Source of the DNA: an uncultured Pelagibacteraceae bacterium | GTDB lineage: Bacteria; Pseudomonadota; Alphaproteobacteria; Pelagibacterales; Pelagibacteraceae | Reading direction: 5' to 3' | Assembly: GCA_902571055.1 (NCBI GenBank) | Contig: CACGAM010000003.1 | Coordinates: 2,070 to 66,069 of the forward strand | Length of the DNA: 64,000 bases | In this document: one piece after another, positions 8,285-19,300 of the stretch | Layout: each line of letters begins with the position of its first letter | Numbering within the stretch: position 1 is the stretch's first letter | The notes under the pieces: generated by a model | What the model saw: only the letters and a program-made list of their open reading frames with translations | Told to the model about the DNA's origin: nothing | Databases searched by the model: none | Made by a program: the position numbers and the translations under genes

Positions 8285-9300
8285 TGAAAAAAGATTATTT
8301 CGAAAAATTTATACTTAAAAACATTAAAAAAAACATTATTCCGAAAAATAAAAAAATTTTAATTACTGGTGCAAATGGCTTTATTGGTAGGTATTTAGTA
8401 TATGTTCTAGCTAATATTTTCAAAAATCATAAGAATTTAATTTATGGAATTGACATAAATAAAAATTTAAATTTTTCTAAAAACTATATCTATTTAAAGA
8501 AGGATTTAACATTCTTGAAAAAGAAACATTTACCAAAGATTAAATTCGATTATGTGATACATTTAGCTGGGATACCATCACCTGTATACTATAAAAAATT
8601 TCCTTTAAAAACCATTTATCTTAATGCAGAATTATCAAGAGAGTTAATGGAGATATCAAAAAAAAATAGAAGTAATTTCACATATTTTAGTTCGAGTGAG
8701 ATTTATGGTAATCCCGGAAAAGAAAATATTCCGACAAAAGAAAATTATAATGGTAACGTTTCATCTATTGGTGATAGATCATGTTATGATGAAAGTAAAA
8801 GACTAGGTGAAACTTTTACATATATTTATAAAAATAATTATAATTTAAATGCAAAAATTATAAGACCATTTAACTTCTATGGAGATTTGATGAAATATAA
8901 TGACGAAAGAATAATACCAAAATTTTTCTATCAAAGCTTAAATAACAAAAAAATTACAATTTATTCTGATGGCAAACAAACAAGATCATATTGTCATATT
9001 TTTGATGCTACTGTAATGATCATTTTGTGCATCTTTAAGGGTAAGAAATTTGTTTACAATATTGGAAATAATAAAGAAGAAATTAATGCAGAAAGCATTG
9101 CTAAGAAAATTAAAAAAATAACAAAACAAAATAATCCTGTGGTTAAGAAAGTAAAATATCCAAATAATTATCCTAGTGATGAACCAAAAAGAAGATGTCC
9201 ATCAATTGCAGAATTTTGCAAAGAGTTTAAGTTTAGACCTAAAGTAAGTCTTAACGAGGGTTTAAAAATGTTTTTTGAATATGCAAAAAAAAATTATTAA
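8284..9300 (+). CDS. NAD-dependent epimerase/dehydratase, UDP-glucuronate decarboxylase (UXS)-like
   Basis: TGANGFIG, HLAGIPSPVYY, SSSEIYG, RSCYDESKR (YxxxK), RPFNFYG, DGKQTRSYC, DEPKRRCP. Confidence 0.82.
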   Translation: MKKDYFEKFILKNIKKNIIPKNKKILITGANGFIGRYLVYVLANIFKNHKNLIYGIDINKNLNFSKNYIYLKKDLTFLKKKHLPKIKFDYVIHLAGIPSPVYYKKFPLKTIYLNAELSRELMEISKKNRSNFTYFSSSEIYGNPGKENIPTKENYNGNVSSIGDRSCYDESKRLGETFTYIYKNNYNLNAKIIRPFNFYGDLMKYNDERIIPKFFYQSLNNKKITIYSDGKQTRSYCHIFDATVMIILCIFKGKKFVYNIGNNKEEINAESIAKKIKKITKQNNPVVKKVKYPNNYPSDEPKRRCPSIAEFCKEFKFRPKVSLNEGLKMFFEYAKKNY

Positions 9301-9335
9301 ATATATTATCTAATAAAATTTTAAATCTTTAAATT

Positions 9336-10271
9336 ATGAAAATAACCTCTATAACTTATGGCTCAAATTTTGGTTACGCATCACATCTTAAATCATTAAA
9401 AAAATTTCAGAAGGTTGGGAAAAGTTTCATATACAGTCCAAATATTAAAAACAAAACTAATATAAGCAAAAAATTTATAATTAATCGTCACCAAATTCCA
9501 AATTATAACTTTAATTTAATAACAGTAGCCACTTCTCCAAGTATTCAAAAAAAGATTTGCAAACTTAATATTAATAAAAATAAAAAGTTTTTCTTAGAAA
9601 AACCGTTGGCTGAAAATTATAAAGAAACTTTGAAATTATTTAAACAATTAAAAAAAAAAAAAATAAAATATTATATTAATTTTATTTTTCCAAATATCAA
9701 AAATTTTATATTTTTAAAAAAAATAATTAAAACAAAAAAAATTATTAATGCTTCTTACGTGTGGAAATTTAAACAGGCATATTTTGTAAATAAAAAAAAA
9801 AATTGGAAGATAATAAAATCGATGGGCGGTGGATTAGTAGATTTTTATCTTATACATGTCTTTTATAATCTTTTATTTTTAATCGGTAAATTCAAAATAA
9901 AGAATGTAAATTTTAAAAAAAAAGAAAAAATTATGACCCAACTTGAAATAAACTTGGTTAAGAAAAATTTTATAGTTAATATATTTATCAATATCAACTC
10001 TAATGAAAATTTACATAAAATTGAACTATCAGACTTAAAGAATAGTTATAAATTAATAAACAAATCTAAAGATTGGGTTAAAAATTTTAAAATTTATAAA
10101 AATACAAAAGTATTATTAAATAGAGGCGACAATAGTATCAAAAGGGATCGTTTAACATATTTAAATTTAAAAAAGCTTATAGATGATAAAATTAATTCCA
10201 AAGATTTAAGAAATTTTGAATTAGCTCATTATTATTGTAATGAAGTTAATAAAATTATAAAAAAACTATAA
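9336..10271 (+). CDS. Divergent Gfo/Idh/MocA family oxidoreductase
   Basis: VATSP, FLEKPLA and WK...MGGGL motifs; degenerate N-terminal Gly motif (YGSNFG). Confidence 0.65.
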   Translation: MKITSITYGSNFGYASHLKSLKKFQKVGKSFIYSPNIKNKTNISKKFIINRHQIPNYNFNLITVATSPSIQKKICKLNINKNKKFFLEKPLAENYKETLKLFKQLKKKKIKYYINFIFPNIKNFIFLKKIIKTKKIINASYVWKFKQAYFVNKKKNWKIIKSMGGGLVDFYLIHVFYNLLFLIGKFKIKNVNFKKKEKIMTQLEINLVKKNFIVNIFININSNENLHKIELSDLKNSYKLINKSKDWVKNFKIYKNTKVLLNRGDNSIKRDRLTYLNLKKLIDDKINSKDLRNFELAHYYCNEVNKIIKKL

Positions 10272-10276
10272 TTTAA

Positions 10277-11138
10277 TTAATTTTTTAATAAACTTTTAAA
10301 TTTTAAAAACGCTAATATCTTAGAAAAAAAATAGATTGATTTATTGAGTCTAATTAAGATCAAATTCAAAATAAATTTAAATATATAGTTTGGGATTTTT
10401 TTTTTAAGAATATTAAATTTTTCATGATGTTTGTTAATTTTATAAAAATATAATAATTCGCTATAAGTCATATTATAATTAATTATAAAAGTTTTTTTTA
10501 AAAAATTACTTATAGACTCACCTTCACCATGTTGGTGAATAGCAAAAGCATCACAAACTTGTATAATAGATTTTTTTTTTATTATTTATTCTTCTACATA
10601 AGTCGTCATCTTCATAAAATAAAAAAAAATTTTCATCAAACAAACCTATCTTAATTAATTCTGAGGTTTTACAAAACATGGCAGCAGCTAAAATAGACTG
10701 GCAGCATAAATCTCCATCGATTTTAAATGGAGTTCTTAAAGCGCCAGATTCTGGAAATAAAGAAGCATTTTGAGCAATTTTATTTTCATGGGTTTTTAAA
10801 GTTGGAGTTGTTATAATGCAATTATCATATTTAATTATACTTTTATAAAGCTTTATTATTTCATCTTTTGTAATTAAACAATCTGGATTCAAAATAAGCA
10901 AATATTCTGTTTCACATTTTTTTATTGCCATGTTTATAGCTTTGCTAAATCCTAAATTTTTTTTGTTCAAAAAATACTTACTTATATTAAATATTTCAGA
11001 TATTTTTTTTTTTCTCTCTAAATTATTAGAGTTATCAATTAATATTATTTCAAAATCACTTAATAATTTTAAACATTTAAAAATTACCTCGAGTTTTTCC
11101 TCAAAAATTAATATTATAATTGTAATTTTTCTTTCCAT
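10277..11138 (-). CDS. Glycosyltransferase family 2 (apparent +1 frameshift at T10 run 10571-10580)
   Basis: Starts MERKITIIIL; IDNS, NLGFSKAIN, LLILNPDC, FDENFFLFYEDDDLC. Removing one base from the run joins it in frame (KKKSIIQVCDAFAIHQHG) to ORF 10277-10471, giving 286 aa. Confidence 0.8.
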
Positions 11139-11876
11139 TATTTTTTTTTTAATATGATGAAATACTATAGCCGTACTATTTGCTATGTTAAGGCTTTCAA
11201 TTTTTTTGTTAATATTAATCTTAACCTTGTAGTCAGCATACTTTTCGGTATGTTTTTTAATACCATAACCTTCAGAACCAAAAAGAAGTATATTGTTTCC
11301 TGACCAATTGACATCGGTAAAATCTTTGTCAGTTTTTGAATCAAATGCATAAACCCAAAAATTTTTTTCTTTCAAATATTTAATTGTTGTTTTTATATTT
11401 GGTACTTTAAATATTTGAATATATTCCATGCTACCGCTTGCAGATTTATACATAAGCTTACTCTCTGCTGGGAAATTTCTATCTTTAATTATTAAACCAT
11501 CGATTTCAAATGAGACAGCACTTCTTATTATTATTGATCCAATATTTCTTGGGTCAGTAACTCCATCCAAACAAACTAAATTTAAATTTTTTTTATTCTC
11601 AATAAATTTCTTAATTTCTATTTTATCTAAGTGCTCGATCTCTGCTACAAACCCTTGATGCAGTAGATCTTCTTTCGAGCAATATTTATCTAATTCCTTT
11701 TTCGTTTTGAAATATACTTTCTTATCTTTTAACAAATTTATTTTAGGGCTTATTTTATGTATAGTTTTTTTACTTTCTTCAGTTAAAAATACTCTCAATA
11801 CCTTTCTTTTTGGATTTTTTAGAGCCTCTATAACTGCATGCTTACCAACTATGAAAAATGATGATTTATTTTGCAT
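11138..11876 (-). CDS. rlmB: 23S rRNA Gm2251 2'-O-methyltransferase RlmB (TrmH/SpoU family)
   Basis: GKHAVIEAL, HQG, LDGVTDPRNIGSI, FGSEGYG, ESLNIA SPOUT motifs. Likely true stop is the TAA overlapping the GT2 ATG; an extra base in T10 11141-11150 creates the apparent fusion. Confidence 0.88.
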
Positions 11877-11927
11877 AAACTTTATATTTTAAAGCAATTT
11901 TACTACGTTTTACCTCTATTTCACGTA

Positions 11928-11955
11928 TTGCATTTATACAATAAAAATATATAAA
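11928..11955 (+). promoter_or_regulatory. Putative sigma70 promoter of the tRNA-Tyr/tRNA-Gly/tuf operon
   Basis: TTGCAT (11928-11933), 16-nt spacer, TATAAA (11950-11955). Confidence 0.5.
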
Positions 11956-12004
11956 ACCCATGTTGTTTAACTTATTGAACAAGGGGGCGCTTCCCCTATT
12001 TTAT

Positions 12005-12090
<86 letters not shown>

Positions 12091-12128
12091 TTCAATATGT
12101 TTACAACGGAGTGTTAAACTTGGGTGAC

Positions 12129-12202
12129 GCGGGTGTAGTTCAATGGTAGAACGCTAGCCTTCCAAGCTGGATGTAAGGGTTCGATTCCCTTTACCCGCTC
12201 CA
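12129..12202 (+). tRNA. tRNA-Gly(UCC)
   Basis: GCGGGTG acceptor with TACCCGC-T-CCA; CTAGC-CTTCCAA-GCTGG anticodon arm. Confidence 0.96.
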
Positions 12203-12239
12203 ATTTAAACAAAAATAAAAATATGAGGTAAATAAAGTA

Positions 12240-13430
12240 ATGTCGAAGGAAAAATTTAATAGAAGTAAACCACATTGTAACATTGGTACAATTGGTCATG
12301 TGGATCATGGTAAAACAACTTTAACAGCGGCTATAACAAAAGTTTTAGCTGAAGCTGGAGGAGCACAATTTGTAGCTTATGATCAGATTGATAAAGCTCC
12401 AGAGGAAAAAGAGAGAGGAATTACAATTTCAACCGCCCATGTTGAATATGAAACTGAAAAAAGACATTACGCCCATGTAGATTGCCCTGGTCACGCTGAT
12501 TATGTAAAAAATATGATAACAGGTGCCGCTCAAATGGATGGTGCAATATTAGTTGTTAATGCTGCGGATGGTCCAATGCCTCAAACTAGAGAGCACATTC
12601 TTCTTGCAAGACAGGTTGGAGTTCCAGCAATTGTTGTTTTCTTAAATAAAGTTGATCAAGTAGATGATAAAGAGATGATTGACTTAGTTGAAGAAGAAAT
12701 TAGAGATTTATTAAATTCATATAAATTTCCAGGTGACAAAACTCCAATAATTAAAGGTTCAGCTTTGGCAGCTGTCGAAGGTAAAGACGAAGCAGTTGGA
12801 AAAAATGCAATAATGGAATTAATGAAAGCTGTTGACGAACATATCCCTCAACCAGATAGACCAAAAGATAAACCTTTCCTTATGCCAGTTGAGGATGTTT
12901 TTTCAATCTCTGGTAGGGGTACCGTTGTTACAGGTAGAGTAGAACAAGGTGTTGTGAAAACAGGAGAAGAAATTGAGATAGTTGGTATAAGAGATACTAA
13001 AAAGTCCGTTTGTACAGGTGTAGAAATGTTTAGAAAAATTCTTGATACAGGTGAAGCTGGAGATAATATTGGTGCACTATTGAGAGGTATTGAAAGAACA
13101 GACGTAGAAAGAGGACAAGTTCTTGCTAAACCAGGTTCTGTTACTCCTCATACTAAATTTGAAGCGCAAGCTTATGTTCTTAAAAAAGAGGAAGGTGGTA
13201 GACATACACCTTTCTTTACCAAATATAGACCACAATTTTATTTTAGAACAACTGATGTAACGGGTGAAGTGGAATTACCATCTGGAACTGAAATGGTAAT
13301 GCCAGGCGATGATGCTAAATTTACCGTAAAACTAATTACACCAATAGCTATGAGTGAAAAATTAAATTTTGCTATTAGAGAGGGTGGAAGAACAGTAGGA
13401 GCTGGAGTAGTAACAAAGATTATAGAGTAA
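12240..13430 (+). CDS. tuf: Elongation factor Tu
   Basis: [18 protein letters not shown]; canonical sequence. Confidence 0.99.
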   Translation: MSKEKFNRSKPHCNIGTIGHVDHGKTTLTAAITKVLAEAGGAQFVAYDQIDKAPEEKERGITISTAHVEYETEKRHYAHVDCPGHADYVKNMITGAAQMDGAILVVNAADGPMPQTREHILLARQVGVPAIVVFLNKVDQVDDKEMIDLVEEEIRDLLNSYKFPGDKTPIIKGSALAAVEGKDEAVGKNAIMELMKAVDEHIPQPDRPKDKPFLMPVEDVFSISGRGTVVTGRVEQGVVKTGEEIEIVGIRDTKKSVCTGVEMFRKILDTGEAGDNIGALLRGIERTDVERGQVLAKPGSVTPHTKFEAQAYVLKKEEGGRHTPFFTKYRPQFYFRTTDVTGEVELPSGTEMVMPGDDAKFTVKLITPIAMSEKLNFAIREGGRTVGAGVVTKIIE

Positions 13431-13442
13431 GCTCCACTATAA

Positions 13443-13518
13443 AGGAGTGTAGCTCAATTGGTAGAGCGCCGGTCTCCAAAACCGGAGGTTGGGGGTTCGA
13501 TTCCCTCCGCTCCTGCCA
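13443..13518 (+). tRNA. tRNA-Trp(CCA)
   Basis: AGGAGTG acceptor with CGCTCCT-G-CCA; CCGGT-CTCCAAA-ACCGG anticodon arm; usual position before secE. Confidence 0.96.
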
Positions 13519-13539
13519 ATAATCTATAATGAATAACAT

Positions 13540-13731
13540 ATGAAAAACCCGTTAAAATTTATTCAGGAAGTTAAACAAGAGGCTTTTAAAGTTACTTGGC
13601 CAACAAAAAAAGAGACTTTGCAAGGTACACTTATGGTTGCAGCTATGGCTATAATCGCATCTTTATTTTTTTTACTAGTTGACCAAATTTTTAAGTTTTT
13701 TTTAGATATTATATTAAAGGTGAGTTTTTGA
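13540..13731 (+). CDS. secE: Preprotein translocase subunit SecE
   Basis: EVKQEAFKVTWP plus one TM helix; synteny. Confidence 0.96.
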   Translation: MKNPLKFIQEVKQEAFKVTWPTKKETLQGTLMVAAMAIIASLFFLLVDQIFKFFLDIILKVSF

Positions 13732-14261
13732 TGAAAAATTGGTATATAGTTCAGTCTTATTCGAGTTTTGAGAACAAAGTTGCCCAAAATATAAAAGAAG
13801 AAGCAGAAAAAGCAAAAATTTCAGAGAAAATAGAGGAAATAATTGTACCTACTCATGACATAACAGAGGTAAAAAGAGGTAAAAGAGTACAAAGAAAAAG
13901 AAAATATTTTCCCGGTTATGTATTGATCAAGAGTGAAATGGACAATAACATTTACCACATGATAAAAAATATAAAAAAAGTTAGCGGTTTCTTAGGAACA
14001 AAAGGTATACCGGTGCCAGTCTCAGATAAAGAAATTGAAAAAATATTAGGACAAATTAAAGATGGAGTTGCCCAGCCTAAATCAAGCGTAGAATACAACG
14101 TTGGTGAAAAGGTACAAGTGATAGATGGACCATTTGCATCATTTAGTGGACTAGTAGAAGATATAGATGAAGAAAAATCAAGATTAAAAGTATCTGTATC
14201 AATTTTTGGTAGACCTACACCTGTTGATCTTGAATATAACCAAGTAGAGAAGGTAAGTTAA
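13731..14261 (+). CDS. nusG: Transcription factor NusG
   Basis: [35 protein letters not shown]; start placed at the ATG overlapping the secE stop. Confidence 0.98.
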   Translation: MKNWYIVQSYSSFENKVAQNIKEEAEKAKISEKIEEIIVPTHDITEVKRGKRVQRKRKYFPGYVLIKSEMDNNIYHMIKNIKKVSGFLGTKGIPVPVSDKEIEKILGQIKDGVAQPKSSVEYNVGEKVQVIDGPFASFSGLVEDIDEEKSRLKVSVSIFGRPTPVDLEYNQVEKVS

Positions 14262-14689
14262 TGGCTAAAAAAGAAATTGCTGGATATGTAAAATTACAAA
14301 TAAATGGTGGTCAAGCTAATCCTGCACCTCCTGTTGGTCCTGCTCTTGGTCAAAGAGGGATAAATATTATGGAATTTTGTAAAGCTTTTAACGAAAAAAC
14401 CAAAGCATTTATGGGAAAACCAGTTCCGGTTATCATAACGGTGTATAAAGATAAAAAATTTGACTTTATTATAAAATCACCTCCAGCGAGTCACTTTATA
14501 AAAGAGGCTGTAAAGTTAAAAAGCGGATCAAGTGAGCCAGGTAGAAATATAGTTGCATCAATAACGATGAAACAAGTAGAGGAGATAGCAAAAAAGAAAA
14601 TGAATGATCTTAATGCAAATGATATAACTGAAGCATCAAAAATAATTGCAGGATCTGCTAGATCTATGGGTATCGAGGTAAAAGATTAA
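14261..14689 (+). CDS. rplK: 50S ribosomal protein L11
   Basis: [26 protein letters not shown]. Confidence 0.99.
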   Translation: MAKKEIAGYVKLQINGGQANPAPPVGPALGQRGINIMEFCKAFNEKTKAFMGKPVPVIITVYKDKKFDFIIKSPPASHFIKEAVKLKSGSSEPGRNIVASITMKQVEEIAKKKMNDLNANDITEASKIIAGSARSMGIEVKD

Positions 14690-15375
14690 TGAGTTCAAAA
14701 AGATTTAAAAAACTTAATGAAGATAAAAACACAAAAGGTGATATATTTTCTAGATTAATATCCGAAATTAAAAAAAATTGCACTGTTAAATTTGAAGAGT
14801 CAATAGATCTAAGTTTTCAAATCTATAATAGGCAAAAAAAAAATGAAGTTAATATAAGAACATCTGTAAACTTACCGTGTGGAAGCGGAAAATCTATTAA
14901 AATAGGAGTTGTTTGTGAGGATGCAAAACAAAAAAATGCAAAAGATGCAGGTGCTGAGGTCGTAGGCGGTGATGATTTGATTGAAAAAATTAAATCTGGC
15001 GAATTAAACTTTGATAAATTAATTTGCACTTCTTCTATGATGCCTAAATTATCAAAATTAGGTAAAGTGCTTGGTCCAAAAGGTTTAATGCCAAATCCTA
15101 AATTAGGAACAGTTAGTGATGATATTTCAACTGCTGTAAAAAATGCTAAGTCAGGTCAAGTAGAAATTAGAAATGATAAAGATGGTAATATAGGAGTTAG
15201 CATTGGTAAAAAATCTTTCAGTGATGATAATTTATTAAAAAACTATAATGCTATTTTAGATGCCATAGATAAAGAAAAAACAAATAACAATGTTAAAGGA
15301 AATTTGATTAAAAATAGTTTTATAACCTCGACTATGGGAAAATCATTTAAACTTAAATTAGAAAAGAGTATTTAA
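14689..15375 (+). CDS. rplA: 50S ribosomal protein L1
   Basis: LGKVLGPKGLMPNPKLGTV. Confidence 0.98.
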   Translation: MSSKRFKKLNEDKNTKGDIFSRLISEIKKNCTVKFEESIDLSFQIYNRQKKNEVNIRTSVNLPCGSGKSIKIGVVCEDAKQKNAKDAGAEVVGGDDLIEKIKSGELNFDKLICTSSMMPKLSKLGKVLGPKGLMPNPKLGTVSDDISTAVKNAKSGQVEIRNDKDGNIGVSIGKKSFSDDNLLKNYNAILDAIDKEKTNNNVKGNLIKNSFITSTMGKSFKLKLEKSI

Positions 15376-15377
15376 TT

Positions 15378-15887
15378 ATGATGAGTAAAGCAAAAAAACA
15401 GGTTTATATTCAAGAAATGAAGTCAACTTTTGATAAGTCTGAAGCTGTCATTGTTGCTCACTACCAAGGTTTAACTGTTTCACAGTTAGACGAACTGAGA
15501 TCTAAAATGCGTGAACATGGAATTCAATTTAAAATTACTAAAAATAGAATTACAAAACTTGCTATAGAAAACACAAGATGTAAAGATCTTTCAAATTTAT
15601 TTAAAGGACCTACTGCAGTAGCATTGTCAGATGACGCAATAACATCAGCTAAGATTTTAACAAAATTCTCAAAAGAAAATGAAAAACTAAAAATCTTAGG
15701 GGGAATCATGGGAAATGATATTTTGGACATAGCAGGTGTTCAAAATGTTGCAACATTACCAAATTTAGATGAAGCAAGGGCAAAAATAGTGGGAATTTTG
15801 AGATCTCCAGCACAAAAATTAGCAAGTATTTTACTTGCACCTGCCTCAAAAATCGCTATTTTAGCGCTCGAAAAATCAAAAAAATAA
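15378..15887 (+). CDS. rplJ: 50S ribosomal protein L10
   Basis: YQGLTVSQLDELR, KITKNRI, FKGPTAVA; synteny. Confidence 0.97.
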   Translation: MMSKAKKQVYIQEMKSTFDKSEAVIVAHYQGLTVSQLDELRSKMREHGIQFKITKNRITKLAIENTRCKDLSNLFKGPTAVALSDDAITSAKILTKFSKENEKLKILGGIMGNDILDIAGVQNVATLPNLDEARAKIVGILRSPAQKLASILLAPASKIAILALEKSKK

Positions 15888-15902
15888 CTAGGACGAAATT
15901 AT

Positions 15903-16274
15903 ATGGCGGATTTAAACAAAATTATAGATGAATTATCAAGTTTAACTGTTGTTGAAGCAGCTGAACTTTCGAAACAATTAGAGGAAAAGTGGGGTGTTAC
16001 AGCTGCAGCAGCTGTAGCAGCAGCACCTGCGGGCGGAGCAGCTGCGGCGCCAGCTGAGGAAAAAGATGAATTTACAATTGTTCTTGCAGCAGCAGGAGAC
16101 AAAAAAATTAATGTTATTAAAGAAGTTAGAGCTGTTACTTCTTTAGGTTTAAAAGAAGCAAAAGATTTAGTTGAGGGAGCACCAAAAGAAGTTAAATCAG
16201 GTGTTAAAAAACAAGAAGCTGAAGAGATAAAGAAAAAACTTGAAGCAGCAGGCGCAAAAGTAGAACTTAAGTAA
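15903..16274 (+). CDS. rplL: 50S ribosomal protein L7/L12
   Basis: Ala-rich hinge, [24 protein letters not shown]. Confidence 0.99.
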   Translation: MADLNKIIDELSSLTVVEAAELSKQLEEKWGVTAAAAVAAAPAGGAAAAPAEEKDEFTIVLAAAGDKKINVIKEVRAVTSLGLKEAKDLVEGAPKEVKSGVKKQEAEEIKKKLEAAGAKVELK

Positions 16275-16323
16275 ATTAAACAAAGAATTAGAACTGATTT
16301 TTAAAAAAAAATCAGGATTATTA

Positions 16324-19300
16324 ATGGAATTATCTTTTACAGAGAAAAAAAATATTAGAAAAAACTTTGGTAAATTAAAAGAAAGTTTGTCAATTCCAAA
16401 TCTTATAGAAGTTCAAAAAAATTCGTATAAAGAGTTAACAGAAAATAAGAAAGATGTAGAAGCTTATCTAGTTAAAGGTTTCGATAGGGTTTTTAAAAGT
16501 ATATTTCCTATTGAAGATTTAAACGATAAAGCATCATTAGAGTATGTATCTTATAGGCTTGAAAAACCAAAATTTGACGTAGATGAGTGTATTGCAAGAG
16601 GCCTAACATATTCAGCAGCCTTAAAATGTACTCTTAGACTAGTAGTATTCGATATTAATCAAGAAGATAATACAAAAGATATTTTGTCTGCAAAGGAGCA
16701 AGAGGTTTACATGGGAGAAGTTCCAATGATGACGAATAGCGGCACATTTATAACTAATGGCGTCCAAAGAGTTGTGGTTAATCAAATGCACAGAAGTCCA
16801 GGAGTATTTTTTGATCATGACAACGGAAAATCTCACGCTAGTGGAAAACTTTTATTTAATTGCAGAGTAATTCCAAATAGAGGATCATGGTTAGATTTTG
16901 AATTTGATGTTAAAGATTTATTATATTTTAGAATAGACAGAAAAAAAAAATTATTGGTAACTACGTTGCTTCAAGCACTCGGATACTCCAAAGAAGATAT
17001 AGTAAACGAGTTCTATGAAAAAGAAACTTTAAGCTACGATAAAGATAAAAATAAGTGGAAAACAAAGTTTGATCCTGAAAATTATAAATCAAAAAACTTT
17101 TCTGAAGAGGTAATTGATGCAAAGTCAAACAAAGTGATAATTAAATCTGGACAAAAGACTAATTTTCTTCAAGCTAAAAAGTTACATAGTGAGGGGTTAA
17201 AAGAAATATTTGTATCAAGGGAATATTTAATAGGTAAATTTTTACATAAGAAATTAAATATTTTAGAGGATGAGTTTAAGATTGGTACAGAACTTAATGA
17301 AACTATAATAGAAAAATTAATAGAAAATAATGTTGATACTCTAATTATTTCAAAAACTAATTCCATAAACAAAGGTCCCTATATTTTGTCGTCTCTGCTA
17401 AATGACAAAAATGAAAATAAAAACGACTCAATAACTGAAATCTATAAAGTTTTAAGACCTGGAGAGCCTCCAACTATAGAAATTGCTTCGCAAATATTTA
17501 ATAATTTATTTTTTAGCTCTGAAAGATATGATTTGTCTGATGTGGGTAGGGTAAAGATGAATTCAAGGTTAGATTTAACTTGTTCAGATAAAATAACTAT
17601 CTTAAGAAATGACGACATAATTTCTATAGTAAAAAAAAATGCTTGATCTAAGAGACGGCAAAGATGAGGTTGATGATATTGACCATCTAGGCAACAGACG
17701 AGTTAGATCTGTTGGAGAATTGGTTGAAAATCAGGCAAGAATTGGTGTTTACAGGATGGAGAGGGCTATAAAAGAAAAAATGACAACGCTAGATGTTGAA
17801 TCTGCAATGCCGCAAGATTTGATAAACGCAAAACCATTAACCATTTCATTAAAAGACTTTTTTGCTACATCACAATTATCGCAGTTTATGGATCAAACAA
17901 ATCCTTTATCTGAGATAACACATAAAAGAAGAGTGTCAGCATTAGGCCCTGGCGGTTTAACTAGAGAAAGAGCTGGCTTTGAAGTTAGGGATGTTCACCC
18001 AACTCATTATGGAAGAATTTGCCCAATAGAAACCCCGGAGGGACCAAATATTGGTTTGATTAATAGCCTATCAACTTATTCTAAAATTAATAAATATGGT
18101 TTTATTGAGAGTCCTTATAAAAAAGTCACTAACGGAGTTGTTCAGGATGAAATCCAATACTTATCAGCAATGGAAGAGTCCAAGTATACAATCGCTCAGG
18201 CCAATTCTGTAATTGATAAAAATGGAAAATTTAAAGAGGAATTGGTTTCTTGTCGACAGAACCTTGATTTTATATTGTCAAAACCAGATAACATAGATTA
18301 TATTGATGTCTCTCCAAAACAACTTGTTTCAGTTGCTGCATCACTAATTCCTTTTTTAGAAAATGACGATGCTAATAGAGCACTGATGGGGTCAAATATG
18401 ATGAGACAAGCGGTGCCCTTATTAAAACCTGAGGCACCACTGGTTGGAACAGGCATAGAGAGTGATGTTGCATTAGACTCAGGTGTAACAATAGTTGCTA
18501 AAAGAGACGGTGTAGTTGACAAAATAGATGGAAAAAGAATAGTTATTAAAGCAAAAGACGATAAAGATTATTCAAAATCCGGAGTCGACATATATAATTT
18601 ACAAAAATTTAAAAGATCTAATCAAAATACTTGCATAAATCAAAAACCATTAGTTAGAGTAGGAGATAAGGTTAAGTCTGGTGACATAATTGCAGACGGC
18701 CCGTCTACAAAAATTGGAGAATTGGCATTAGGTAAAAATGTTACTGTAGCCTTCATGCCTTGGCAGGGATATAACTTTGAAGACTCAATTCTTATTTCAG
18801 AAAGATGTGTAACAGACGATGTATTTACCTCAATTCATATAGAGGAATATGAGGTTATGGCGAGGGATACAAAATTAGGTGAAGAGGATATTACTAGAGA
18901 TATTCCGAATGTTAATGAAGAGGCTTTAAAAAACCTGGATGAGTCGGGCATAGTTTATATTGGAGCTGAGGTTAAACCAGGAGACATTCTAGTAGGAAAA
19001 GTTACTCCAAAAGGTGACTCTGCATCTGGGGCAGAAGAGAAATTGTTAAGATCAATATTTGGTGAAAAAGCTATAGATGTAACAGATACCTCTCTGAAGA
19101 TGCCAAGCGGAAGTGGTGGAATTGTGGTAGATGTGAGAGTTTTTAATAGACATGGAATTGAAAAAGATGAGAGGTCTATAACAATTGAAAGATCTGAAAT
19201 AGAAAGTGTTCAGCAAGATAAAAATGTTGAAGAAGAAATTTTAGAGAGAAGTATTAAACAGAGAGCATCACAAATTCTCGATGGATTGACATTATTAAAA

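Noticed and set aside
10277-10471. Independent 64-aa gene
   Set aside because: It is the C-terminus of the frameshifted GT2
10551-11876. 441-aa RlmB-glycosyltransferase fusion as a novel RNA-modifying enzyme
   Set aside because: The junction is a 10-base run; one base fewer gives a normal stop overlapping the GT2 ATG (TAATG), the usual coupling in this window, and the same +1 error type appears in rpoB
12114-12308. Antisense 64-aa ORF over tRNA-Gly and the tuf start
   Set aside because: Shadow ORF; the ERVKGIEP-like text is just the translated reverse complement of a tRNA
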